From NCBI GenBank assembly GCA_028687545.1, contig JAQTZZ010000002.1, forward strand, positions 139,635 to 203,634: a DNA stretch of 64,000 nt, given 5' to 3'. The notes under the pieces were generated by a model. It worked only from the letters and a program-made list of their open reading frames with translations, was not told the origin of the DNA and ran no database searches. Shown here piece after piece: positions 18,614-28,424 of this stretch. The position numbers were made by a program, and so were the translations under genes. Positions within the stretch are counted from its first letter, which is position 1. Each line of letters begins with the position of its first letter. This stretch comes from Candidatus Wallbacteria bacterium (GTDB taxonomy: Bacteria; Muiribacteriota; JAQTZZ01).

Positions 18614-19960
18614 TCAAAATCCTGCTTCTACCGCTTCTTCCAGAGAACAGACTTCAATTATTTCCACACCTTCAAAGGATTCGGTGATTTTTTCCTTGCC
18701 TTTGGGGAGGATCATTTTTTGATAGCCGAGTTTCGCTCCTTCCCTGATCCGTTCATTCATGAAGGGTACTATCCTGATCTCAGAAGTCAGGCTCAATTCT
18801 CCCAGACTGAACAGGCAACGCGGGGGTTTGTTCCTGAAAGACGAATAAACTGCAAGCGCTACTGCGAGATCTGAAGCAGGATCAAAAACTTTAAGCCCGC
18901 CCACGACATTGACGTATACGTCGTATTCCGCTGTTTTTATTCCGAGATACTTTTCGATCACCGCGATAATGGAAAAAATCCTGGTGACTTCGATACCCTG
19001 TGCAAGCCTCCGTCCATTACCGAATGAACTGTAATTAGTAAGACTCTCGATCTCGCAAAGCATCGGTCTGGTGCCTTCCATTGATGTCGTCACCTGTATT
19101 CCGGCCCTGGAAGCAGACCTGTCAGACAGGAACAGTTCAGCAGGGTTTAAGACTTCTGAAAGTCCCTGCCCGGTCATCTGGAAAATCCCGATTTCATTGG
19201 TGGAGCCGAAACGGTTTTTTACAGTGCGCAGGATCCGGAAATTGAACTTCCGTTCGCCTTCGAAATAGATCACTGTATCCACCATGTGCTCCAGAATCTT
19301 CGGGCCTGCAATGGTGCCCTCCTTGGTGACATGTCCCACGATGATCAGGCTGGTTCCGGATTCCTTGGCATGCGCCACCAGCTTCTGAGTGCATTCCCTG
19401 ATTTGAGAGACAGTCCCTGGAGCGGATTCGCAGGAAGCGGTATTCATGGTCTGGATGGAATCAATCACCACTACGGCCGGCGAGTTGTTTTTAATGGCAT
19501 CCAGTATGAATTCCACCGTGGTTTCAGGAAAGAGCAGCAGGCTGCCGGCCCCGGAAATTCCCAGGCGCTCAGCCCTCATTTTCAGCTGCTGCGGCGATTC
19601 TTCGCCCAGGACGTACATCACCTTGGCTTTAGCAGAAAGCAATGCAGACATCTGCAGAAGCAGAGTGGACTTGCCGATGCCCGGCTCACCCCCAACCAGT
19701 ATCACTGATGCAGGTACTATCCCTCCGCCAAGGACGCGGTCGAATTCTCCGCAGCCGGTAGAAATCCGCTGATGGCTGATGCTTTCGATTTTTTCAAGTG
19801 ACAGCACTGCAGCGGATTGATGCCCGGCAGTTTTGTGATTTTCGGTCTTCTCTTCGGTAAGAGAATTCCACTTGCCGCAGTCCGGACATTTGCCCAGCCA
19901 CTTTGGGCTCTGAAAACCGCAGCTCTGGCAGGTGTAGATGATTTTATTCACTTGATTCAT
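18614..19960 (-). CDS. radA: DNA repair protein RadA/Sms
   Basis: N-terminal zinc ribbon (CQSCGFQSPKWLGKCPDCGKWNS), RecA-like ATPase with Walker A GGEPGIGKSTLLLQ, and a C-terminal Lon-protease-like domain; 448 aa. Confidence 0.9.
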   Translation of the reverse strand: MNQVNKIIYTCQSCGFQSPKWLGKCPDCGKWNSLTEEKTENHKTAGHQSAAVLSLEKIESISHQRISTGCGEFDRVLGGGIVPASVILVGGEPGIGKSTLLLQMSALLSAKAKVMYVLGEESPQQLKMRAERLGISGAGSLLLFPETTVEFILDAIKNNSPAVVVIDSIQTMNTASCESAPGTVSQIRECTQKLVAHAKESGTSLIIVGHVTKEGTIAGPKILEHMVDTVIYFEGERKFNFRILRTVKNRFGSTNEIGIFQMTGQGLSEVLNPAELFLSDRSASRAGIQVTTSMEGTRPMLCEIESLTNYSSFGNGRRLAQGIEVTRIFSIIAVIEKYLGIKTAEYDVYVNVVGGLKVFDPASDLAVALAVYSSFRNKPPRCLFSLGELSLTSEIRIVPFMNERIREGAKLGYQKMILPKGKEKITESFEGVEIIEVCSLEEAVEAGF

Positions 19961-20358
19961 CCGAAAAAATACTGCTTCAGTGCAGGCAGAGTATAGGTAC
20001 CGCGCATCATTTCAAAATACAGGATGAGTAATACCTGAAAAACGAAATAGCAGGAATACAATCTGAAATCCGTCCTTCCGAAATAGCGCTCTGCAAGATA
20101 AACGAACCCGTTTGAATAAAACATGAAGAGTATCATCCCGCTGGAAATCAGGATCAGAATGGTCTGCAGGGAAAAATCCAGCACAAACAGGGATCCGATG
20201 AAAATCGCGAGTCCCAGCCCGAAAAAGAGATTGTTGTAATATGAGACAAGTTCGGTCCAGCGTTCTGGTTCAGACTTCCCGAGCGAGAGGAAAAGCGCAA
20301 CCCCGCAGACCATCACAGTGGAAAGATAGACAGAGTTCAGTATCAGTTCTTCGTGCAT
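19957..20358 (-). CDS. hypothetical small integral membrane protein (133 aa, ~4 TM helices)
   Basis: ORF overlaps the radA start by 4 bp (translational coupling); hydrophobic segments throughout; no recognisable motif. Confidence 0.45.
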   Translation of the reverse strand: MHEELILNSVYLSTVMVCGVALFLSLGKSEPERWTELVSYYNNLFFGLGLAIFIGSLFVLDFSLQTILILISSGMILFMFYSNGFVYLAERYFGRTDFRLYSCYFVFQVLLILYFEMMRGTYTLPALKQYFFG

Positions 20359-20469
20359 TTTTTCTCCTGATCAGCGAAAATCAACTTATCCTTCATTATT
20401 TATTCAGCATTAACAAATTGTCAACTTTTCGTGGGAAAGATCACTTTGCATTGCACCATAAATCTCTGT

Positions 20470-20994
20470 TCAGATCCAGTCAAGCAGATTCTCAAGCGAT
20501 TCCACTACGCAGCAGTCCAGTCCAGCCACCTTGCCCTGCTCACTCTCCCCGTAACCTGTCAGCACCAGAAAGCTCTTCTTCAACCCGGCGTTGAGTCCGC
20601 AAAGGACGTCAGAGTGCTTGTCGCCCACGAGGAATGATGATTCAAGGTCCAGTACGTATCTGTCCCGGGCCTCAAAGATCATACCAGGTTCAGGCTTCCG
20701 GCAGCTGCAGGGTCCGCTGTAATCCGGATGATGCGGGCAGATCAGAAAATCGTCGATCAGTCCGCCTGATTTCCGATTCAGTTCTTCGTTTACGGCCTGG
20801 GCAGCGGCCAGGTTGTACATCCCTTTGGCGATCCCGGCCTGGTTTGTCACAACGAGCAGGAGAAATCCCATTTCTTTCAGTTTTTTCAGGACTTCCGGAA
20901 CACCGGGTAACAATGCAACTGCAGCCGGATCGTGCAGGTAGTTCCGTTCAACTATCAAGGTCCCGTCACGGTCAAAAAAGAAAGCTTTTTTCAT
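20470..20994 (-). CDS. gmhB: D-glycero-beta-D-manno-heptose 1,7-bisphosphate 7-phosphatase (HAD family)
   Basis: FFFDRDGTL (HAD motif I), VVTNQAGIAKG, and the GmhB zinc-binding signature CPHHP...C.CRKPEPGM; 174 aa. Confidence 0.8.
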   Translation of the reverse strand: MKKAFFFDRDGTLIVERNYLHDPAAVALLPGVPEVLKKLKEMGFLLLVVTNQAGIAKGMYNLAAAQAVNEELNRKSGGLIDDFLICPHHPDYSGPCSCRKPEPGMIFEARDRYVLDLESSFLVGDKHSDVLCGLNAGLKKSFLVLTGYGESEQGKVAGLDCCVVESLENLLDWI

Positions 20995-21005
20995 CTCAAA
21001 AGCCC

Positions 21006-22100
21006 TCAGCTTCCGATTCCCAGAACTTTTTCATAGGCTGAAAGAGTTTTCCTGGCTGTTTTCTCCCAGGTGAATTCTTTGCTGACTCTCTCTTTCAGAC
21101 GGCTGTTAGGCTGGGCTTTCCAGGCCCCTCTTAAAGCCTCCGCAATGCTGTCGACATTTCCCGGATCGCAGTAAAAGGCTTGATCCCCGAAATATTCCCT
21201 GGTGCACCCACCTTCGGTCACCACGAGCCTGCAGCCGAACAGGGCTGCCTCCAGCGAGGCGAGTCCTGGAGTTTCGAACCAGCTGGGCAGGGCATGTACC
21301 CTGGCCCTGCGATAAAACTTGCAAAGTTCCCGCTGCGGCATCGCCGATAATATTTCAGCGTTCCGGCCCTTCTCAAGCATGATTTTCGCATAAAGCTTCC
21401 GGTAACGCTTTTTCCCTGAAACAGAGCCGATGATCACTAGCGGCAGGTCGAGAAGGTTGGCGGCCCGGACCAGATTCAACCTGTTCTTGCGGTCATCGAT
21501 CCTGCCGACAGAGAGAACGAAATCCTCGAAGTCAATCCCTGGAGGGGATTCATCTCCTGTGGTCTCAACCAGATCCGAGTCGACGGCGTTCGGGATCACC
21601 ACAGCTTCAGCGGTTTTCCCGAAAAACCGCTCGAGATTGGAGATTTCCGCTCTGGAATTCGGCAGCAGCAGATCCACCCGGGAGAGGACGTCTCTGATCG
21701 CCTGGTAGTTTTTCAGGCTGGTGCTGCCTCCCCTGAACCTGCGGAAAGCTCTTTTAAAACCGAGCGAAAGGAAATCGATCAAATCCTGGGCAAGGTGCCG
21801 CAGCGGAATCTCCTGGTACCAGAAAACAGTGGAAAGGACGACTGGAGGCCGATTCGCCGGAAGTGCGTTAAAAAAAGAGATTACCTCATCCGAAAATCGG
21901 AAAAGGTGTATCAGGTCGCATTCTTTGGATTCAGCCGGATGGTTGAGGTACCGCACCTCACAGCCAAGTTTCCTCAAGTGCTGAGCAGTTTTATAGATCT
22001 GGGTCTCGGCACCCCCAGTCCGGAATTCCAGCCCTTCCAGAAGTTCAGAATAGAAGCCGATTTTCAAACTACTTAATTCCCTGTAAAGTCTGATAATCAT
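21006..22100 (-). CDS. glycosyltransferase family 4 (GT-B fold)
   Basis: C-terminal GT4 motif region (RARVHALPSWFETPGLASLEAALFGCRLVVTEGG). Start placed at the ATG at 22100; the track's TTG at 22127 would overlap rfbG more deeply. Confidence 0.7.
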   Translation of the reverse strand: MIIRLYRELSSLKIGFYSELLEGLEFRTGGAETQIYKTAQHLRKLGCEVRYLNHPAESKECDLIHLFRFSDEVISFFNALPANRPPVVLSTVFWYQEIPLRHLAQDLIDFLSLGFKRAFRRFRGGSTSLKNYQAIRDVLSRVDLLLPNSRAEISNLERFFGKTAEAVVIPNAVDSDLVETTGDESPPGIDFEDFVLSVGRIDDRKNRLNLVRAANLLDLPLVIIGSVSGKKRYRKLYAKIMLEKGRNAEILSAMPQRELCKFYRRARVHALPSWFETPGLASLEAALFGCRLVVTEGGCTREYFGDQAFYCDPGNVDSIAEALRGAWKAQPNSRLKERVSKEFTWEKTARKTLSAYEKVLGIGS

Positions 22101-23136
22101 CGATCTGTGCGTCAGTGAGAGCCGCAAGATCGGTTTTTTTCAGATAAAACGCCTTATACCAGTCGCAAGTATTGCTGATCATCCGTTCCTGCAAGAGCAA
22201 TGGATGCCAGCCGAGCCGGAAAAAGGCCTTGTCGCAATTCAGCCTTAGAATATTCGCTTCCTGAAACGAACCGCCAGAAGCGCGATAAGCGTTTTCCGGC
22301 TTGTCAAAGCCCCAGATCTCACTCATTTTTCTCACAAGTGTTTCCACGATGAGGTTCCCGGATGCCTGAGGACCGAAGTTGAAACTTTCGCCGCTTGGAA
22401 CTTTTCCTGTAAACAAAGCCTCAGCAAGCAGCAGGTACCCTCGCAGCGGCTCAAGCACATGCTGCCAGGGCCTGACTGACTGGGGATTGCGGATCAGCAC
22501 GGGTTCCCCCTTGCTCCAGGCTCTGACACAGTCCGGCACAAGCCTGTCAGGGGCCCAGTCGCCGCCTCCGATCACGTTTCCGGCTCTGACCGAAGCTATC
22601 TTGACAGGCAGATTCCCGAAAAAAGAACGGGAATATGATGAAAACACGATTTCAGCGGCCCCTTTGGAAGCGCTGTAAACATCTCTTCCCCCGAGCCTGT
22701 CGTTTTCCCGATAGCCAAAGTCCCAGTCCTTGTTTTCATAGCATTTATCGCTGGAGACGATTACTGCAGCGCAGGGATAAGCCAGTTCTCTCAAGGATTC
22801 CAGCAGATTGGCGGTTCCCATGATGTTTGAGGAGAAAGTTTCAATCGGATCGGCATACCCTTTGGAAACAATGGCCTGCGCCGCCAGATGGAAGACGAAT
22901 TCCGGCTGGATGTCGGAGATGATTTTCCTGAGGATTCTCAGATCCCTGATATCTGCAACATAATGGATGATCCGGCGCTCCAGGTTCAGTGTCTCGAACA
23001 TTGAGGGAGAACTGGGCACATCTTTAGATACTCCATATACTTTTGCACCAGCCCGGACCAGCCAGGCTGTAAGCCAGGAACCCTTGAACCCGGTGTTGCC
23101 GGTGATCAGTACTTTCCTGTCGCGGAAAAAATCCAT
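22069..23136 (-). CDS. rfbG: CDP-glucose 4,6-dehydratase
   Basis: Rossmann N-terminus (KVLITGNTGFKGSWLTAWL), DKCYEN, YSASKGAAE catalytic region, VRAGNVIGGGDW and IRNPQSVRPWQHVLEPL, matching the RfbG layout. Confidence 0.8.
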   Translation of the reverse strand: MDFFRDRKVLITGNTGFKGSWLTAWLVRAGAKVYGVSKDVPSSPSMFETLNLERRIIHYVADIRDLRILRKIISDIQPEFVFHLAAQAIVSKGYADPIETFSSNIMGTANLLESLRELAYPCAAVIVSSDKCYENKDWDFGYRENDRLGGRDVYSASKGAAEIVFSSYSRSFFGNLPVKIASVRAGNVIGGGDWAPDRLVPDCVRAWSKGEPVLIRNPQSVRPWQHVLEPLRGYLLLAEALFTGKVPSGESFNFGPQASGNLIVETLVRKMSEIWGFDKPENAYRASGGSFQEANILRLNCDKAFFRLGWHPLLLQERMISNTCDWYKAFYLKKTDLAALTDAQIDDYQTLQGIK

Positions 23137-23282
23137 CAGTCCTCCCAGACAAGTGAGAATGATATATCTCCTGCATTCACCCGCAGGTTATTTGTCGCTC
23201 AATCCAGATTTTATCATAAATCCTGCAATTTCATCAATTCAGAGAGTGGATAAAATCTTGTTTCTGAGATACAATTCGTGTC

Positions 23283-24320
23283 ATGGGAAACAAGAAAATC
23301 CTGGTGATCGCGGCCTACGCAGGAATCGGAGATTTTTTCCTGTCCCTGCCGATGTTCGAAACCCTGCATCAGCAATACAACACGAAATTCGACATCCTGG
23401 TGCGCTCTGACGCCAGATTTCTGCCGTTTATCAGGACTGTCGACCTGTTCAGCCATGTCTATATTTATGACCGCAAAGGAAAGCACAGTTCCTTTTCAGC
23501 CCAGTTCAGGCTCCTCAGAAGGTTGCGCCGGCAGAATTATGAGATCGGATTCACCCTTCATCCAGGCAAGCGCTATGTCCTGATGCTGTATCTGTCCGGA
23601 GCTGAAATCCGTGTCGGCGGATATGAATACTCTTTTCTCAAATATTTCCTGACCCACCCGGTCCCGGACCTTAAGGCCGACCCGATCTTTTTCAGGAAAT
23701 TCCAGGCAGGGGAAGTCCATGGACTGGACTGTTTTTTCTATTTTCTGGACTGCCTGGGCTTGAAATACGAGCGGAAAAAACCGGTAGTGTCCCTTGGAGA
23801 AATCGAAAAAAGTGCCGCTATCCTGATTTCCGGACTGAATAAGCCTCTGATCGGCATCAACACCGGATCTTCAGGCGAAGCCAAAAACTGGCCGCTGGAG
23901 AATTTTCTCGCTCTTGCTGAAAATCTCAAGAAGGAAAAAAAGGCTTCTCTGATCTTTTTCGGCGGTCCGGGAGAGGCCGATAAATTTTCGGTTTTTAAAA
24001 GCAGATTCCCTGCTGATCTGTATGCCATCGGAAACGATTTCCCGATTCTTCTCAACACAGCCCTCCTGAAAAAATGCGACCTGCTGATCTCCAACGACAC
24101 AGGCCTGGTGCACATCGCCTCATTTTTCGATCTGCCTGTCATCTCCATCGGTGGAGGCGCAAGAACAGGCAAGGCTTTTCTGGCCTGGAGCAAAAAATCC
24201 CGTAATCTTCTTGAATCAGTTGACTGCAATCTGCTCTGCAGAGAATGCGGCAATTGTGCCTGCGTAAAGAATATCAGGGTAGAGAGTGTGCTGAAGGCTG
24301 TGGATGAACTGCTTTCGTAG
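23283..24320 (+). CDS. glycosyltransferase family 9 (LPS heptosyltransferase-like)
   Basis: GT9 hallmarks: ILVIAAYAGIGDFF near the N-terminus and ISNDTGLVHIASFFDLPVISIGG near the C-terminus; 345 aa. Confidence 0.8.
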   Translation: MGNKKILVIAAYAGIGDFFLSLPMFETLHQQYNTKFDILVRSDARFLPFIRTVDLFSHVYIYDRKGKHSSFSAQFRLLRRLRRQNYEIGFTLHPGKRYVLMLYLSGAEIRVGGYEYSFLKYFLTHPVPDLKADPIFFRKFQAGEVHGLDCFFYFLDCLGLKYERKKPVVSLGEIEKSAAILISGLNKPLIGINTGSSGEAKNWPLENFLALAENLKKEKKASLIFFGGPGEADKFSVFKSRFPADLYAIGNDFPILLNTALLKKCDLLISNDTGLVHIASFFDLPVISIGGGARTGKAFLAWSKKSRNLLESVDCNLLCRECGNCACVKNIRVESVLKAVDELLS

Positions 24321-24344
24321 GGAACGGTCGCGACTGTTCCCTAC
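24317..24344. terminator. 28-bp near-perfect palindrome spanning the stop codons of two convergent glycosyltransferase genes
   Basis: GTAGGGAACGGTCGCGACTGTTCCCTAC is self-complementary except for one G·T pair; it contains TAG at 24318-24320 (+ gene) and the complement of CTA at 24341-24343 (- gene). No flanking T-tract. Confidence 0.4.
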
Positions 24345-25516
24345 TCCCGGCAGAGATTCTCAATTATCTCTAAAAATCTCGCGGAAATCACGCTGGTGTC
24401 GAAGAGGCGCACTGCACGCTCGCGGGCCATTTTTCCGAGCCTGGCGGCAGATCCGGGATGGGCGACCAGATTCAGCACCGCACCGCAGATTTCCGCGGCA
24501 CTGCGCTCATGCACAAGCACCGCTGCGTCCCCGACCACTTCCGGGATCGAGCCGCAGTAAGTAGTGACGATCGGAAGCTCACAGCTCATGGCTTCCACCA
24601 GTGCGATCCCGAACTGCTCTTCCCAGCTTTTCAAGGAAATGCTGCCGTGGATAAACACATCTGCCAGATTCAGGTATCTGCACAAATCCTTGTTGGGTAT
24701 GAAACCGGTGAACCTGGAACATTTATCAAGTCCCATTTTCCGGGCCTGTTCGAGATAACTGTCAAACAGCTTGCCGTTTCCCAGATAGTAATGGACAAAG
24801 CTGAAACCTTTCTTTTTCATGATCCCGTCAGCTTCGAGCAGGAAATCCAGACCTTTATTCTCTTCAATCTTTCCCACTGTCATCAAAACAGTTTCTCCGG
24901 AAAGTCCAAGCTCTCCGACCAGGTTCATGTCCTTGGGCTTTTTCCGGAAATTATCAGTATAAATGCCGTCATACAGCACAACCGACCGACCAGGATCAAC
25001 TCCTTCGATGATTTCCTTGTTTCTGATCCTGTTTGTCCAGGGCAGGAAAAGATTAGTCTCCCTGTTGATGGCTTTCCAGACATGGCGCATGTCAGACTTG
25101 CCCTGATAAAGGAAGGGAATGGTCTCAGCGTCGCGGAAGATAGTCTTATATCTGTAGTGATGCTCTTTCCTGAGCTTCAGCACGCAATAAGCTTCAAGGT
25201 CGCCCAGTGGGATGCAAAGGTCCATCTCAGCGAGAAAGCCGTCGTCAAAGCAGGGATATTCGGCCGACCTCCCGATAAAAAATTCAGGTCTGATCGGCGT
25301 AGCCAGCTTCCAGACTTCATACAGAGCCTTGCGGAAAAAGTTCCTGTTTTTCCTCTCCTGATTCGGGTAACAGCAGTTTACGCAACAGAGATTTCCTTCC
25401 CTGCCTTCGAAATAATATTTGTCTGTGATCCAAAAAAATTCATGCTTTTTAAAAGCTTCCGCAAAAATCCTGATTTCGCGGATATCCACGAGGTTGGACA
25501 GCACTGCGATCTTCAT
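24341..25516 (-). CDS. glycosyltransferase family 4
   Basis: C-terminal GT4 signature (SWEEQFGIALVEAMSCELPIVTTYCGSIPEVVGD); 391 aa; 4-bp overlap with the upstream GT2 gene. Confidence 0.85.
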   Translation of the reverse strand: MKIAVLSNLVDIREIRIFAEAFKKHEFFWITDKYYFEGREGNLCCVNCCYPNQERKNRNFFRKALYEVWKLATPIRPEFFIGRSAEYPCFDDGFLAEMDLCIPLGDLEAYCVLKLRKEHHYRYKTIFRDAETIPFLYQGKSDMRHVWKAINRETNLFLPWTNRIRNKEIIEGVDPGRSVVLYDGIYTDNFRKKPKDMNLVGELGLSGETVLMTVGKIEENKGLDFLLEADGIMKKKGFSFVHYYLGNGKLFDSYLEQARKMGLDKCSRFTGFIPNKDLCRYLNLADVFIHGSISLKSWEEQFGIALVEAMSCELPIVTTYCGSIPEVVGDAAVLVHERSAAEICGAVLNLVAHPGSAARLGKMARERAVRLFDTSVISARFLEIIENLCRE

Positions 25517-26274
25517 GTCCCACCCTCTTTTCGGGACTTGTCCAGGTAGAAAGCGTAAATCAGCCCGGTATGGAAAGATTCCAGCAGGCAGAGGTAAAAA
25601 CCGCGGATCCCGTCCCTGTATCCAAACTTCTGAAAATAGCGCTTGGCAAATGATTTCAACATTCTATGGATCACAAAGAAAGGGGTGATTCTCCTGGAAA
25701 ATCCATCCTGGCTGAGCTTCTCACCCTCAATCGCCGCATACCGGATTGTTTTTAGCGTAAACTGGTAGAGGTCACGCGCATTATCATGATAGCACCAGCC
25801 GGATAACCGCCCTACTGATCCGGCATAATCAAGAGATTCATGCACTGGTTTGTGGAAACGGCCGCTGCCTCGCCTGAACAGGCGGGGCATTGAAGTGTAA
25901 GTGTTGTAATCGCAATATAGAATTATCTCGCCCAGGAACAGATGCTTCCGTTTGAAATCATAAGCCTCATGTTCAGGCCTGTCCAGAGTGCTCCTGATGC
26001 TTTTCACCAGTTTTTCGGACAGATATTCATCGGAATCCAGCATCAGGATCCAGTCTCCTGAACATTGATCAATGCCGAAATTCCTCTGTTCCGAGAAATC
26101 GACCATTTTTCTGCGAAAGGTTTTAGCCTTGGGAAGATCGTCCAGCTGATTGAGCGTACCGTCTGAACTGAAATCGTCTACAATCACAAACTCATCGGCG
26201 ATTTCATAGGCTGAGAATACAGCCTTCTTGACCGTTTCTTCGCAATTTTTCGTGAGCATCACCACGGAGAGCAT
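25513..26274 (-). CDS. glycosyltransferase family 2
   Basis: N-terminal GT-A signature (LSVVMLTKNCEETV...VIVDDFSSDGT) and the DxD-type LDSDE motif; 253 aa. Confidence 0.8.
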   Translation of the reverse strand: MLSVVMLTKNCEETVKKAVFSAYEIADEFVIVDDFSSDGTLNQLDDLPKAKTFRRKMVDFSEQRNFGIDQCSGDWILMLDSDEYLSEKLVKSIRSTLDRPEHEAYDFKRKHLFLGEIILYCDYNTYTSMPRLFRRGSGRFHKPVHESLDYAGSVGRLSGWCYHDNARDLYQFTLKTIRYAAIEGEKLSQDGFSRRITPFFVIHRMLKSFAKRYFQKFGYRDGIRGFYLCLLESFHTGLIYAFYLDKSRKEGGT

Positions 26275-26406
26275 GCTGTCTCCAAATATTTTTCAGCTAT
26301 GTATTGTCTCAATATATGGGCTCCCAAAAGCAAAGTCAACAGCAGCCTGCCGATATTTATGAGGCTGTTGCTTGATTCAAGCCTGAGACACGCATATAAT
26401 TTTCTC

Positions 26407-27213
26407 ATGATTTGCGCGATCTGCGGTTTTTCCCGGAACCGGCTCTTCAGAGTAAAAGAGATGATGTTTGGCTTTCCCGAGGAATTCGATTATTTCGAGT
26501 GCGGATCATGCGGCTGTGTCCAGATTGCGGCAGTGCCTGACGACCTGTCCAGATATTATCCAGATAATTATTACAGCTATAACCGGATAGCCGGGAATGA
26601 AGAACCCGGTTTCAGGAGTTTCTGCAGATCTATCAGGAACAACCTGAAATTTTTTCGGGAATCATTGATCTGCAGAAGTACCCCGGTTTTGAGGTCCCCC
26701 CTGTTTGCAATCTTTAAAAGCCAGGATCTGCAGCTTCTGTTCAGGACCGGAATCACTGTCGATTCATCGATCCTGGACGTGGGATGCGGGACAGGCGCTT
26801 ATCTTTCAAGGCTTTCTGCCATCGGATTCAAAAACCTGCTTGGAATTGACCCTTATTTGAAATCCGACATCCGATATAAAAGCGGCCTCAGAATCCTCAA
26901 AAAAACAGTCCATGATCTGCAGGACCAGTTTGATCTTGTGATGCTTCATCACTCCCTCGAGCATATCCCGGACCAGCTCGCGACTCTCACAGCGTGCCAG
27001 CGACTTTTGAAAAGCGGCGGAGCCTGTCTTGTCCGGATTCCTGTGGCAGATTCTTACTGTTATCAAAGGTATGGGAAAAACTGGGTCAACCTGGATGCTC
27101 CCAGGCATCTCTTCCTGCATACTGCAAAAAGCCTGGCACTGATTTCAGGGAAAGCCGGTTTCAGGATCAGGGAAATCAATTATGACTCCAGTGATTTTTC
27201 TCTCTGGGGATAG
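26407..27213 (+). CDS. class I SAM-dependent methyltransferase with N-terminal Cys4 zinc-ribbon
   Basis: CAICGF...CGSCGC zinc ribbon; SAM-binding motif I ILDVGCGTGAY; DLVMLHHSLEHIPD. Start set at the ATG at 26407 (MICAICGF); the track ORF begins at 26299. Confidence 0.7.
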   Translation: MICAICGFSRNRLFRVKEMMFGFPEEFDYFECGSCGCVQIAAVPDDLSRYYPDNYYSYNRIAGNEEPGFRSFCRSIRNNLKFFRESLICRSTPVLRSPLFAIFKSQDLQLLFRTGITVDSSILDVGCGTGAYLSRLSAIGFKNLLGIDPYLKSDIRYKSGLRILKKTVHDLQDQFDLVMLHHSLEHIPDQLATLTACQRLLKSGGACLVRIPVADSYCYQRYGKNWVNLDAPRHLFLHTAKSLALISGKAGFRIREINYDSSDFSLWG

Positions 27214-27405
27214 AGCAGTATGAAAAAAACATCCCGCTGCGAGCGGAAAACTCTTACAGTGAAAATCCAGCCAAATCTATTTTCTCCAGGACCCAGATTC
27301 TCGATTTCAGGATACAGGCGGAAAGCCTGAATCTGGAAAAGAAAGGTGATCTGGCAGCCTTTATCCTAAGAAAGGACTGATCTGAAAAAAGCTTATATCC
27401 TTGTC

Positions 27406-28407
27406 TTGAACTGGAATGGCCTGCCGGATACTGTTGAATGCCTGGAATCAGCGCTGAAGCAGTCTTACCGGAATTACCAGATAATCCTGGTCGAAAACGG
27501 CTCGACCGACGGTTCCTATGAAAAAATCCTCGAGTACTTCAAAGGGCACCTGGATTGCGGATTTCTTTCTTCCTCACCTCACAAAGATAAAATTTTCCCT
27601 CTCTCGGAAAAGCCGCTGGATTTTATAGAATGCCGGGGGCAGCAGGACAGCGGGCAGCGGGTTGTGCTGATCAGAAATGAAATCAACCAGGGCTGGTCAG
27701 CCGGATTCAAGACCGGGCTCGACTTTTTCCTGAAAAAGAACGACGGCGATTATCTGCTGGTTTTGAATAATGATGTAGTGATCGAAGCTGATTATCTGGG
27801 AAAACTGGTTGAAACTGCGGTCAGAAACCCGGATTTCGGAGTAATCGGCTCCATTGCTTACTGGTATGAATACCCGGAGCGGATCATGTCTGTCGGTGGA
27901 GAATTCACATTTGCGGACTGGCAGCTTTATACTGATCTGTCAGACTTGAAAAGAAAGGCGGAAATGTCTTTCCCCAACGAATACCTGGTCAGCGTTCTGA
28001 CAGGATGCAGCATGTTCTTCCAGAAAAAATCCTTTTCCGTAGTCGGGCCAACCCCTGTTTATTATCATTTCTGGGAAGATCTGGAATTGTACTACAGGCT
28101 CAGAAATGCCGGGTTCGGCCTGATCCTGAACACTGACGCCAGGCTCTGGCATAAAGGAGGCACAGCCGAAAACTATCATCAGGGGCCGACAAAATTTTCT
28201 TCCTATTACGGCATCCGCAACAAGTTCATTTTTGCGAAGCGCAATCTGGGAATCCTGGAAAAAAGTTATATTTACACGGTCTTTGCGGCAAAAATGATGA
28301 TCAGAGTCTTCTTTTACAGAATCTCAAAGGAAGTCAAGCAGGGAATGCTCCGGGGCGTACTGGACGGATTCAGAGGCGTAACCGGTAAAATTGATTTAAA
28401 AAACTGA
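27406..28407 (+). CDS. glycosyltransferase family 2
   Basis: YILVLNWNG...IILVENGSTDGS and LVLNNDVV motifs. The frame is open back to 27370 with no ATG; the start is TTG at 27406 or CTG at 27382, after an AAAGGA site. Confidence 0.7.
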   Translation: MNWNGLPDTVECLESALKQSYRNYQIILVENGSTDGSYEKILEYFKGHLDCGFLSSSPHKDKIFPLSEKPLDFIECRGQQDSGQRVVLIRNEINQGWSAGFKTGLDFFLKKNDGDYLLVLNNDVVIEADYLGKLVETAVRNPDFGVIGSIAYWYEYPERIMSVGGEFTFADWQLYTDLSDLKRKAEMSFPNEYLVSVLTGCSMFFQKKSFSVVGPTPVYYHFWEDLELYYRLRNAGFGLILNTDARLWHKGGTAENYHQGPTKFSSYYGIRNKFIFAKRNLGILEKSYIYTVFAAKMMIRVFFYRISKEVKQGMLRGVLDGFRGVTGKIDLKN

Positions 28408-28424
28408 CTCCCAGTGAGTGACCA

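Noticed and set aside
24458-25549. 363-aa + strand ORF
   Set aside because: Fully antisense to the GT4 glycosyltransferase gene (24341..25516), which has clear family motifs; the + strand translation has none.
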